From NCBI GenBank assembly GCA_030141605.1, contig JAQGDQ010000974.1, positions 10,230 through 74,229 on the forward strand: a stretch of DNA of 64,000 bases, written 5' to 3'. The notes beneath the pieces were generated by a model. The model made no database searches. It was not told where the DNA came from and worked only from the letters and a program-made list of their open reading frames with translations. The stretch comes from Tubiluchus corallicola. Its lineage: Eukaryota > Animalia > Priapulida. The position numbers and the translations under genes are program-made. Shown one piece after another: positions 1 to 13,200 of the stretch (position 1 is the stretch's first letter; every line of letters begins with the position of its first letter).

Positions 1-2
1 AG

Positions 3-191
3 GCCAAGCTGGTTAAACTTGCTGATAAGCTATACAATCTGAGGGACTTGCAATGTTCTCCACCTGTGGGATGGACCCAGACACGCATAGAAGAATATTA
101 TTACTGGGCAGAGCAAGTTGTTAATGGTCTTCGAGGCACAAACTCACAAATGGAAGACGAGTTGGACAAGATCTTTCAAAGTAGGAAATAA
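3..191 (+). CDS. HDDC3: 3' end of HD-domain (p)ppGpp/NADPH phosphatase MESH1 (gene begins upstream of the window)
   Basis: Translates AKLVKLADKLYNLRDLQCSPPVGWTQTRIEEYYYWAEQVVNGLRGTNSQMEDELDKIFQSRK*, matching the metazoan MESH1 C-terminus (AKLVKLADKLYNLRDL...GW...EYFEWA..VV.GL.GTN). AATAAA signals near 778 and 846. Confidence 0.95.
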   Translation, partial: AKLVKLADKLYNLRDLQCSPPVGWTQTRIEEYYYWAEQVVNGLRGTNSQMEDELDKIFQSRK

Positions 192-1268
192 CTAGGCATT
201 ATTAAAATCTTCTGTTCTTGGAAGTGATTTTTACAATTGTTGCTATCATTGTTATATTATTTTTAGTAATTTTAGCATTTTTATTTTAAATTATTTAAAA
301 ATTTTGTCATTTTATTTGTTTACTGCAAAAAATGTCACTTAAGACCAAATTGAGGTGGTAAGATATTTACTTTGAAATTGGCATAATTGTCCGCCTGGCT
401 TACAAGGTTAAATGTGCAATAAGTGTACTATAATGTAAGCAAAACTTGAAAGCAGAAACCAGTTTTTTCTCTTTCTTTACATATGCAATTGAATTAACAC
501 TTGACTTCGTATTGCTTAAATTGACGTTTCTGTTGCTGTTCTTTATGCAGGCATTGCTGGTTTATGTGGCTGACTTGCAAGTTGGGGGTTTCTATTATGA
601 TTGTTGTTATTATGTTATTAATATTATTATTCTGTTTTATTAGCAATGCTTTTTGTCAAGGTGGTATTCCATTTAGGCATATTTATGTGGGACTTTATCC
701 TTCACAAAAAATAGCACGGATTATGGTTTTGTTGTACTCAACAAAATTTAACGCACAATCAATTGATCATGTATTGTGTTTAAAGCATATTAGTGTTAAT
801 AAAATTGTGTGTTACGCTTTAAACTGTAATTAAATGTCACTTTTCAATAAAATGTTACATGTGTAATGTTTACCATAATTATAGCCATGAAGCTATTGTG
901 AATTTTTAGTTTAGCGAGATTGCTATGTGAGTAAAATAAACATTATTACCACACTTATTTTTGTCTTTTGTAAAAGTTGAAATTAAAACTGCTGATTTGG
1001 TTGATGCTTTGAAAGATAGTATCACTGAATGGTGGGCCATAGGTAGGGTGGTTCAATCAGTATTAATGAGTTTTTATAGAGTATTCTTATAGAGTGAAAA
1101 TCACTTAGGTCAGTACAAAAGTAATAATGCTTTAATTTTTATAAATTACTTATCAGTATTAAATTTTCGGTATTTTCGGTTTATTTTTGCACACAATTAT
1201 ACTTACACATCATAAAAGAAATGTGACAATTGACATGCAGTATTTGAGGATTATTATTACTATTGTTA

Positions 1269-2084
1269 TCTACCAGAAATCAAATTAAAATTGAGATTGA
1301 ATAATTTTTGAACCACCAACAAAAATTAGCCTTACAAATATCATGCATATTAAAATAAAAGACTGTTCTGCAGTAAACTACTAATAATTTGTTTAAAGGA
1401 AGACCGGACAATTGTTTAGACTCAATCTTATTTTAATTTACTGTCAAAGCATACATTTTCTTGCCTATAAAATTTAGCAATTGTTCCTTATATTTGAATA
1501 ATTAGCTTAGAAAGTCAATGAACGGCAACTGAACACAGCTATTGCTTATCTCAGAAACTAACCATAGTTTGTCCAATGGCAGGCGTCTTCCCTTGCGCGT
1601 CAAGCACATTTGCAAAGGTGTTACAGTACTACTTAAACACATGATGTCATGAAAAATGGGCTTTACATCGTATGACGTAATGAAACTAACACAGCAGTCT
1701 TGATCATGGTTATTACGGTACCGCCTTCTATTTGTCGGCCACGCGCACGTGACACAAATGCGCCGCTGCAAGTTTAACGAAATTTGAGTATCCGAGGTAA
1801 TTATTATTTAATCTAAGCTTTGAGTTAAAATAAGCTGTTGTAGTTTTCAATATTTTAGAGCATTCTGAACTAGTGTTTACACTATCATCCGGTTTTCCTT
1901 TAAAAATTGTACACAGAAATCATAGCTAAATTACGCTAATTGCATGATGGTTCAAACATTTTAATGACAACGAACATATGTGGTTGAAGTGCTAAATTAT
2001 TCGAATCTATAGTTTAGGTTCGAATGGAATTTGAACTAAAAAAACTCGGTTGAATCGAATTCGAACGTTCGATGCTCACCCCTA
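1269..2084. mobile_element. hAT-like MITE (TTCGAA-rich family), 5'-degraded and split by a nested Kolobok-like element
   Basis: Ends in ATGCTCACCCCTA. The sequence either side of 1397-1899 aligns continuously with the intact copy at 23853-24268. Confidence 0.75.
1397..1899. mobile_element. Non-autonomous DNA transposon with TTAA TSD and AGG...CCT termini (Kolobok-like), copy 1
   Basis: TTAA|AGGAAGACCGGA ... TCCGGTTTTCCT|TTAA. Homologous copies at 17160-17699, 31270-31685 and 38083-38630. Confidence 0.8.
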
Positions 2085-4276
2085 ATATTATTATTTATAA
2101 TTGGAAAAAAATCTTAGTTATAATTTCATGATAATCAGCATGACAACATTAGCAATGATAAATGGAGAGAAACTAAGGTCAACATTTACATTAATTATAA
2201 GGCCTCGTGAATCTTGAAAGCCGCGCCTATAAACTGAGCTGAACGAGAAGAAATTCTCGTTTTCTAATCGCACCTTAAGTTCGGACCGAATTGATTGCTG
2301 AATTTATAAGGTATATTGTTTACGTTTGGTTTTGGTGGCACATTTTATGTTTGGATGTGTTTTTTATCAAAATTTTCAATTACTTTGTAGTTTAAATTTT
2401 AATCATGTTATTTCGCAAATTGGAGTGAAAACCTTATGCGAAAGAACTGGCTGGGAGGCCTTTCTAAAATAGTGCATCAAACTTGGTAAGTCTTTAGCTA
2501 AATTCGTCAGTTCAGACTTCTTTTGGTATTAGGTATGCAGTGTATTCTCAAATCTGAAAACGAAGAACATTAAATAATATCAGGGCGCGGGCATTTTTAT
2601 CCAGAATGCCTCAAGTTTAAGTGATTTTCACAAATTATCATATCTATAAGAATTTTGCGTACACACTCCTTCTGAGTGTCAGTGATAAAATTGACTTGCT
2701 TCATGTGAATTGTGAGTTCACTCTCTACCCTAGAGTAATGAAAACTCTAACATAAAAGGCCGTGAAATAACAGAGGCTCTTAAACAGTCTTAAAGGATTG
2801 TTTATTATTGTAACATACTTAATTTCTAGATCTTGCTTAGTGACAATTTTGATATTAATTTCGTCATAATTACACTAATTCTGTGATACAGATAAAGATA
2901 AGAGATTGTAAGCTTCTATTATTTATTTTCGAGAAATCAACTTATTTATGAAAACAATGCTATTGAGTATAACAGATTTCCAATTTCAAGAAAATTTTCC
3001 AAAGTTTCAAAATAAAAATGCTTTCCACTCACACTGTGAGATGTTTCTATGCACAAAGCACGTTTGTGCAAAATTATGTGGTAGTACTCAAAATACGAGT
3101 ATCTGGAACATCATCTGTACTTGAGTAGAATATTTGTCACTCGTATAATCGTGATGATGCACAATTATAGGCCCTCCATTCTTCTAAGTCATGTACAAAA
3201 TTTACAAAAATACAACTCTGGCTAATTCAGTTGATTTTGGCATAAATTTACACTTTGGTTTAGCAGGTGGATCTACATTGGGCAGCTGAAAAATAACAAC
3301 ATTTATAGAATTACAGTAATTAAAAACATATGATGTCTAAAATTGTGCATAAATTTAAGGACTCAAACTGTTTTAAGTTTTACCACAGTATTTACTAAAA
3401 ACACATAAAATCGTTACTTTGACCATGTCTCATGATGTTGATTTCATATCAGTGCCAACATACAAGCGATAAAAATGTTTTATCTCAATAACGCAATGTT
3501 TTTACCGTAATACTGTAATGTGGTTACTGAGGTAGTGCATTACGGGAGCGGGAGCCACATCTCACTGCGCTGGGTATGAAAGTTTGTAACCTAAGCTTTC
3601 CAAGGTTCCACGCTGTTAAGTTGTACAAACAATAAAATAAAATAATGGCTGCCAGGCTGAAGTGCAAGCAAATAAATTAAACTTTTGGGAGAAAAGTTGT
3701 GAGACTCGATGTAGTGCGACTTCATTAGGTTAATCAATTTATAACAAAAAGCATTTAATGGATTAATCACCATTGGAGAAAAAAATTTGTGTTTCTATCG
3801 ATTAACCATACATCACTTTTACTTATCCTACCCGTGTTTAGGTGTAATAAATAGCAAGAGAGAGCATGGTTTTGCTTGACATACTTCAGTGCAAACCAGT
3901 TGACATAATTGGACGTGACTACCACATACAAATTTTATTATACTTGCAAACAAAATTGTATGAGTTTTGCAGCCTGAGCAGACCTGCGTAGTCAGTTGTG
4001 TGAACAATAAATAAATATTAGCGTTATTTCTCTACTGGAGGTTGAAATCTAACTTTATAAGGTAAAATGTACAAGCTGCACAAATATGTTCTTGCTCAAA
4101 TGGTTACATCTAGTCAGCAATAAACCTACCTATGAATTGCTAATTTGTTTAAGTTATTTTCAGTTCAACTCTGAATTTGATTTTGCATTTGTTTACCAAC
4201 AAACTTATTTAGGTTTCAAATTTGTTTCCGTACTCAGTGATGTGCCAGTAAAAGTTAGCTTCTGAATTTTTCCCAA

Positions 4277-7200
4277 ATGAAGATGACTTCTTCTGTATCC
4301 GATGGAGCTAGTGCCAGTGAGGGTAAGATTTTTTTAATACCTTTTAAACATTTTTTAAAAATAAGTGTTTCTGTATATACTTGTGTATGTGTATGGTGCA
4401 CGGAAATGTGTGCTAATAAGACCTTGAAGTTTTTATTGCAAATTGAGGTATCCAGTTTGTGCAAAAAATCTGACACTTTCTTTATTTCTTTAGCATGTGG
4501 TCTTTTTGCAAGTCAGGACTGTTTCCCAAAAACTGAAATGCTTAAACTTAAAAATGGTTTCAAACACATTTCAGTGATCTGAATTGGATACTTCTAAAGA
4601 ATATGTTCCCTCTTTTAAAGGAATTCCTTTATGTTTTCTGTCCTGAAATATTGACTACCGTAATCGTTAAATTTTGTTGAAAACGGTGAAAAATCAGTAA
4701 TTTTATTTTCTAAATTAGGAGTGATAACGGCGTTGAGAAATCTACAGGCAAAAATCAGTTACCTTGAACGAGAGCGAGAGAAGGCAGTTTCTCAGCTGAA
4801 ACATTCTGTCAGTTCAAATGAACGCGTACCTCTACCAGATGCGCCAGACGTGATGAGTAAAGGTAATGTGAGTTATTGTGTGCATGTCTGATATAAAGTT
4901 GTTTAGATTGCAAGGAAATTATTTTTCTCATCGGTTTTATTTGTGATACTGCCTTTACTTATTTCTCCTGTTCAGAGAGAATTTGGCTGTATATATATAT
5001 ATATAATCTTTATTTGCCATAAAAAGTCGATATTCATAACTATAAAATCCAGAACATCGCAGCATGAGAATAAAATTCACAAAACTGTTAAAGGCAAATG
5101 CGTTCAGTGCAAACTAAAAACTACTGTGCCAAAAATTTAAAACAAAATATACATTATAATGTTACATGCAAATTATAATAGACTTTATACTATATATACA
5201 TACAATTTGAAATGGACATGGGTAAATAAAATTTGCGGATGAATATATATTATCGTTTACGTATGTAGTGTTTTCAAAACGATTTAATGTATGTATTTTT
5301 AATTTTGATTTGAATTCATCGAAAGACTTGATTTGTTTTAAATTTGATAGCCAGGTATTCCAAAGTTGAACTACTTGTTTGGTGATAGAATTGTTCCCGT
5401 ATTTGTTATTAGTGCGTATTTGTTTGATATTGTGTGTTCTTGGATTTAATGGACTTTCTGACACCTAACTCTAGCATGCTAGGTACTGGTCTTGCCGCTA
5501 AAATTCAACGTTAACTGTAGGCCTTGCTTTTGAGTGTTGCGTGATCGCTTGCAATGCACTAAAGCATACAAATGCTTTTTCCAGAACTGGAGACAGACCT
5601 GGAAATGACTCGTGGTCGCTGCGCTGTGCTAAACCAACAAATTGACAATATGAGAGGAATGCTACAAAATGCAGAGGAAGATTGGAAGGTTAGCATGAAG
5701 GTGGGTGAACACTTTCAAACACGTATATGTTTTTATCTAACATGTAAATAAGTTGAGTAAACAATCATAAGGATTGTTTGTTTGATTGTATCATAGCATG
5801 ATAGCAACCATATTTGCTAGGTAGTTGGTACTAAATTCGCAAATCGCAAAAATCACTGTACCTGTTTTTCTTAACCCTTATAGGGTCACGATTTTTTACA
5901 ACCGATTTTGGTAACCAGGGGGTAAAAAATTACCCCCACCATAATTCGTAAATTACTTTTGATAAACCTCCATGTTTCGTTAGTAAACAGCAACAGCATA
6001 ATTTGTGGTTATGCTGACCACCATAGGATACATTATACCTCTGCTTAAAGACATGTGACTTACTAGTAATACGAAATTTAAATTCACTTAGTTACATTCC
6101 CTTATCTATGCTGGAATAATTGTAGACAACTGACATTGCTAGCGCCTGTGCAAAAATCTTTGTTATTTTGAATTTGATTGTCTTTGTAGTTGTGAGTAGA
6201 CTAGTTCTACGTCAGCATACAGACGTCTGACATTTTGTTTTATCAGATACATCGCCCGTATAATGTATAGACAAGCGAAGTAAAGTTTCGACAATTTTAA
6301 AAAATCGACATATTGCATTTTAACTTTTACTTCGTGGTGAGACAATGCGCCTAAAATAAATAACTGAAAGTATTTTGTGCACAAAACATATTTAGAAGAA
6401 GTCATAGAAAAGGTTTACTGGGATGCATATGGTAAAAGGGTTAAAATGCAAAATTATTCCCATTTTTAATCTGTGACTACACCAAGAAACACTTGGCAAA
6501 TTTTGTGCTTTTACTGCCAAGTTAGCAAGTTGTTTGTGTAGGCTATTTAGTCTTTTCTGGCATTTATTTGTAAACGTGCTAATATTCTACATTATACCTG
6601 CTATTCAGAAGGAAACTGTGTAGATTTTTCCTGTGTTTTGTGTAAGCAGAAAGGAAAACCGTGTCACTCGCATGAATGAGTCAAGTCGTAGTTTATGTCC
6701 AATGGATCATTAACAGTTGTATAATTACAGTTTCAGATTGCATGCCTAATTCACTTTTCTACCAAAAAAGTAAAATCTTTGCCCAAAATCTTCTTTTTAG
6801 CGTTCACCCGAAGTTGCTGAACAACGAGCGGAAATTGAACACGGTGCAAAAAAACTGGAGAAAATTTCACGTTTGGAAGAAAATTACCTGCGGCTATCAG
6901 CATTGCAAAATATAGCTCAGGTAAAAATAAGAAGATGATTCTACATGTGTAGAATTGTAAAATATTATACAGTCATACCTCCGTTGTCGAACGTCTCCGT
7001 ACTCGTACAAATCAGTTTTCAACCAGAAAATTCCAGCACAAATTGTCTCCGCTCTCGAACAGAATTTCGGTACTCGACCAACCGCCCAACATGTGATGAA
7101 CAGATGCGCGGCGAGCCGAACGTAATCGACCGCGCCCGAGAGTTGTCACACACAAGATTTGAATCGCCTAGCATCGCTAAGTGCTTTCTATGCTTATTTT

Positions 7201-10200
7201 TCTCCGCTTTTTCCGTGCATGAACAATTATGTTTTTCTTCCAAAGTAATTCTATTATGTTTTTCTTATCAATTATATCATATCTACCATTTGGATAAACA
7301 TTTTTGCATTATTATATTTTTTTTACTAATACTTCACAGTTCATTTGGTGCTTGAGAATGGATTATTTGCTTTTACATTATTTCTCATCAGAATAAATGA
7401 TTCGGTTCTCAACCAAATCGGTTTTCAAACACTTTTTAGGAACAAATTATGGTCGAAAACCGAGGTATTATCGTACTATTGTACTGGACAAGCATTTTTT
7501 GGGCAACCTGGTGTAGTGTCTTAGTTACTTGTTGTGGGAAACTAATCAGTTAGTCTGTAGAAATGATGCTTGGCTGATTTTTATATCTGGAAACAAAATG
7601 CTGATTGATGCATTTTACACATTAGATTTACAATTTTTTATATTTGAAAAATCGAAAAATCGGTTTAATTGGAATGCAAACTACATTTCCTTTTTCCAAA
7701 ATCTGTTTCTTGGAACAATACCATATGTCTGAACATAGAACTCTGTCATAAAGCTAGCAAATGTATCTTTGAATTTAACATTGTAGAAATAAATGTGAGC
7801 AGCTTGTTTTCTTGAATCGCTTATTTCACACAGTTTGCTGGTTTATAAGTGCACTTTCTTGTCAATTTTCGTAGATGCTCGATTCTGTTTAAATGTAACG
7901 TTGCATTACTTTGCTTTTGCAGCAAAAGCTGACCGACTTAGAAGACAAACTCGACGCAGAGCAAAAACGTCGGATAAAATTAGAAGCATCCACCGAAACG
8001 GTAGGTGTCGAAGAGCTGCAAGAATTAATACAGCTTGCGATGAATTGTTTCTTGCTTCTGTCACATTCGTTCCCATTTATGAAAACAGAAGTTCCGTAGA
8101 TAACTAGAAGTTTTCACTGATGAATTTGGATTGCCCATGCTCATATGTTTATTTGCGTGAACCTAACTATGGGAAGAGGAATAATCCTGCTAGCTGTAAT
8201 GTGGCACAGTTTCCTCACAAAGCCCTCTTTTCTAACCTAGATTTCGATCAGGCTACGTTTTATGCACTGGCATATCTTTTGGCATTGAAATTCAAATCTA
8301 ACTATACAGCGATGCCTCGAGATACGAAATTAATTCGTTCCGGAGGGGCTTTCGTATCTTAGAATTTTCGTATTACGTGACAAGATTTATTATGATTTAT
8401 TATTTATAAATGGCCTAATTCGTTCCAGCCCCCGCCCCCCAGAAAACAATCGTAAAAAGTGTAAATATTGTACCCACCTGAAAGAAGTATCTTTCTTAAT
8501 GACAACATAATCATTTACATAAATGTTAAAAAACAATGAGAAAATAATAAAATCAATGAAAAATAATAATAATTGTTCTTACGAATAATGACACTTTACC
8601 TTTCGAAGCGTTCATGTGTTGCGCACAACAAAGCGTTCACGTGATGTTACAAAATGCATTCTAGGAGGACCGCTGTCGGGCGGCACATTTGATTTTTGCT
8701 TTCTTATCTTGATTATTTTTTCGTTAAATGAAATTTCTTCGAAGCCCGATTCGTATTCTGAATTTTTTGTATAACAGGGTTTTCGTAAGTCGAGATTCCA
8801 CTGTATTTTAAAGCCACTTAATAAAATATGATGAATGAAAATATGATTGAAAAAATAAACCAAATGAGTGAAATGATAAACAGTTGACTTGAATGTGCAG
8901 AAGCTTCTACGCATTTTACCTTTTCGAAATAAACAAACAATAGATAGTGTGAATACATATTTTCTGTCTGTTGCCAATACCAGTTTATTCATCGGTGCTA
9001 TTTTGCCAAATTTCTTAGAAATACTTAGAAAATTATTACCAAATAATGTTTGGAAAAGTGCTTCAAGTTTTGCTCTCATGCCCCATTTTGAAACGCTGCT
9101 TCAAGACACAAAAAACATGGCATAGCTCATAAATGATAATGTGTCATTTTTTTATTTTGCTGGAGATGTAGTTTTAAAATTTCCTGTGACGATACAAAAT
9201 TTAGCATCGGCTTTTAATCAACGATAGTCATGGATTTTTTCATCCTTGCATATCTGAATTTCCCTTTCCAAAACCGCAGGTTCATTGTTGAAATGTAGAA
9301 ATTCACTATTTAATGCTTCCTGGTCAATTAGTGGCCGTGCATTGATTATTCTCCAGACGAGGTGAAACTTTATCTTAACTTTATAGCAAAAAGTCATTGA
9401 ATTAGAAGAGAGACTCCAGGAAGAACATCAGAAGAGGTTGAAAGCGGAAGCAGAAACGGTAAAAAGTGTTTTCTTATCCTGTTTTTCATGAAGCTTGTAG
9501 TGTCTCTTATTTTGTCCGCGGAGTGTGACACGTGCTTTGCATTGATTTCAACATACCATTCACAGTGTGAATCAGAATGTGATTTTGGGTAGTCCAGTTT
9601 ATGTGTCCCTTTGAATAGCGTGTAATGGAAAACATTTTTGTATAAACGAGTAGTGTAATCTCCACTATTATTCACTGTTTGCTAGTTAGATTGGCATTAG
9701 CGCCTGCATCTTGGAAGCGTGTTGCACAAAAAACAGGTGTCGTACCTCTCAGTTAAGAAGTGTTCAGCTGTGGTGCAGTGCACACATCAGCATCTTGAAA
9801 TTTAAATTTAAAATTTGTCAAGTTTTTGTGAATATTGTACAGTGGTACTGTACTTCAATTTTCGTAATATGTTATTTTCGGAGTGCCCATTGATCTTATC
9901 TCTCATTTTACTTACTTAGTTTACGTATTTTTGCTCCAATTTTCCATACAACTTGCGTACCACCATTAAATTTGCTTCTGAATGATTCAGCTTCCTAAAG
10001 CTTTCTGCTGCTATTGTCACTGAGTGCAATTTAGCCATCTCTCGTGGTTTAGCGCTTCGTGTCTTGAATTATCTTTCTTAAACAGATATGTAACAGTCAG
10101 TTATTGCTGATCACATTGTTTTTGTAAAAATAAACCTAGATTTTAAGTTTCCGTGACCGTTAGAAACCTTGACAACGCGCTCGGCTAATTTTTGCAAATG

Positions 10201-13200
10201 ATAAAGCTCTTTGTTTGTCTGGCTTCTTTATTGTAATTAGGAGTTTGGTTTTATATAAACCTTGAATTGATTGTTAAGAAACAACGTGGTTTATTATTGC
10301 TAATTGCTTGTTTATTTGTCATTGCGATTTCAAATTACAATTTCGTAGGCTATTATGTTAAGGAGTGTTTGTGAACATTCAGCAATGTCATTATGTTTGT
10401 ACGGATAAAGTAGCGAAAGCAGTACTGTAGTCAGGGATATTACCAAAACGAAATTGCCGATAATTGCACTTTTGGTTGAGTTTCGTGTCGAAAATTATCA
10501 AGTTTCGTAGCCGAGCTTTCTGTAATTTTCTCTAGCATTTTTCCGAGGGTTTAGTGGTATTTATCTCGCTTACGTTTTTTTCTGGTAGGTGTTGAAAATC
10601 GCTGGAAAATTTTGTTTAAAATTGTGCAATAAAGTGCAAATATCGTTCATTTAACTTTTTATGCATTTGTAGCATGCTTTTTACGGCAATGCGGCATATC
10701 TTCAGTACGGTCGATTGTGAAACTTTAAGGTCTCCAGGCACAACGAACCGAAATATGAAAGCATAATTTGAATAAAACCAAGTTTAATTTTCTAGTTTAT
10801 GCAATATAGGCAACGAAGTATTTACAAAATAAAATTTGTCAGTTTTAAGCTTCTAGATCTTTAACTGTAAACATTGTTCTACTTTTTTGGTTAGGATTTT
10901 TGCATAGCTACTTCGTCAAGCTTGTTTATAAGAGTAAATATAAAAAAAACCAACAAAAAAGTAGTTTGTTTATTTCAGAATTTTTTCAGTTTTAATAATA
11001 GTGGATTTTGCAAAAACCATTTTAGTTTGGTTTCATTTCGGTATCGGTTTCCTGCGTTTCATCAATTTTGGTTCCACTTTATAATTTCAGTTTTGGTAAC
11101 ATCCCTGACTCCAGTGGGCCTCCCGCTTCAAACTTTGCACTGATGGGGCCGGCAAACGAATATCCAATAATGTAGTGTCAGTATTTGCTTCACTGAATTT
11201 AAGCTAAATGTTTGTTCGTGCTTGGACATTGGTGGGCACACGAGATTTTAAAATAACCATGTCGTTGCTGGAAGGGTGTCCCAGTGCTGATTAAAGCCTT
11301 TCTTGCAGCGTTGATGGTGACATTACTAGCACAAAAATCAGGTTGATCTGTTAATTTTGTTTGTGAATTTTGTTAACATACAGAAACGATGCCATGAACA
11401 AACGAAGCCAATTATAACAGAACTTGCTCCTATCACAAAGAAGCTACCAGAAAAGGAGGAAGAAATGACAAAGTCTGACTCCTACGTGCCCAAAAGATTA
11501 AAGGATTCGAAGCCAAAACGTGACTTGTACCGGTGCAGATCTCACAGTCCCAACGATTGGATGGGGCACTTCCGGTTCCATTTTAACGACCTACCATTTG
11601 TCGCAGGGAAGGTAATTGTTACCTAGTTACTTGTGTTCTTAAATTATAACTTTATACTAAGATCACTGGAGAACGAGGTTATGGAATCTACCTGGCAAGC
11701 AGATGGTCCTTGGTTCAAATCTAATTCATGTTAAAACATTTTCCCTTTTTTTGTTTTTCAAGTTTAGTTGAGTCTCACCATCATTGACTGTTACTTAATG
11801 TTTTTGGCATTTTTCTTTTATGTCATATAGATGTAAACAAGTGCATCATTTCAATATTTCATTATTTTTGATTAGTTATCATCTGCACTGCATGCGAAAT
11901 ATTTATAACAGAACTGAGTTGGGGTGGCTGATACGATAACGCATGTTCTTCGCCACCCCTTCCCATTTGATTGGCTATTATAATTATGCTACTAAGCTTT
12001 AATCGATGTTGTATGTGGGAAAAATAATAAATGATTTGATTTGATTTGATTAATTATATACCTAATAATATATATTTACTTATGCTATCTTATAGCATGC
12101 AACTCTAGTGCTGAACAATTTATGTTAAAAAGGTAATTTTGTACCTTGTATTTTCAACGCATGTTTTATAAGCATTCTGTTTTGCCATTTTGATTATTAT
12201 ACATCCTTTATGTCTTAATTTTTTTAAATGAAGTCTTGGTTACTGGTTAGTGCTTCCCCCTTTGGTATCATTTTACTCATCCAGGGACGAGAATTTTCCG
12301 CACATACGCAGAATTCCGAGTTTTTGGAAGACCAGTAGTGCATTTTTGTATATCGCGTAAATTCGTTGAGAAAATTTTTACGGACCCAGTACATTATTTC
12401 ACAAGCTGACCGCTAGTTGGCAGGCCGTCACTTTGTTTACGTCACGTACATCAGTGTAACCACGTGTATATCTCTATGTATAAAAATATAGAATCAATTG
12501 TGTGGAGTTATTTGAGTCAATTGCAGACAGTTTTTATATACTTTTGCATAGGAGCAGCCTGTACTTAGGCGTTTTTGACACAATTAGGTATCATGTACCC
12601 TTGATAGTTGGGTATCTTAAATTATGCATGAAACAAGGTAATTGATATTTTAAGTCCACTTAGAGGCTCTCTATGCTCACAAAATTGCAATTTATTGTTG
12701 GCTTTGCCCCTTGAACCCCCATGGGGGCTTTGCCCCTCAACCCCATAGGGGGCCTAGGTGACCCCAAAACCCCCTGTTTCAGAGTTTTGTGCAATTTGTC
12801 ATTCTCATCCCTGCTCATACAAATATGCTTTGAGATGTATTGAAACAGTTACTTATTTGCACAATTGTTGTTCCAGGCAATCTTTTATGTATTGATCATA
12901 GTGCAGGGAGTATGCATTGTCTGTTTGTAGCATATTTGTAAAAGTAATCAATAGGCTCGTGTTGTAAAGAAATTAAAATATGTACGCTTAGCTTCTTTAA
13001 ATGAACAAAAAAATTAAAGGAATGCTATCACAGATTATATTTTTGTGTGTGAGGAAGCTACAATTTTCTTTTATGTGTATATTTGCTAACATTAATTATT
13101 GTTGTGGTATTTCTTTTAGTCTACTGCGCCTTCACATTCATTAGGAGGTAACATACAGGAGCTTTTAGCCACGCTAAAGACTCATTGTCGTCTGTGCAGC

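Noticed and set aside
3-191. Bacterial SpoT-like gene or horizontal transfer
   Set aside because: MESH1/HDDC3 is an ordinary metazoan gene.
5875-6440. piggyBac-like element TTAA|CCCTT...AAGGG|TTAA
   Set aside because: The TIR match is only about 5 bp, so the two ends may belong to different elements.
11660-11730. tRNA gene (B-box-like GGTTCAAATC; similar signal near 24850)
   Set aside because: No cloverleaf can be formed; at most a decayed tRNA-SINE head.
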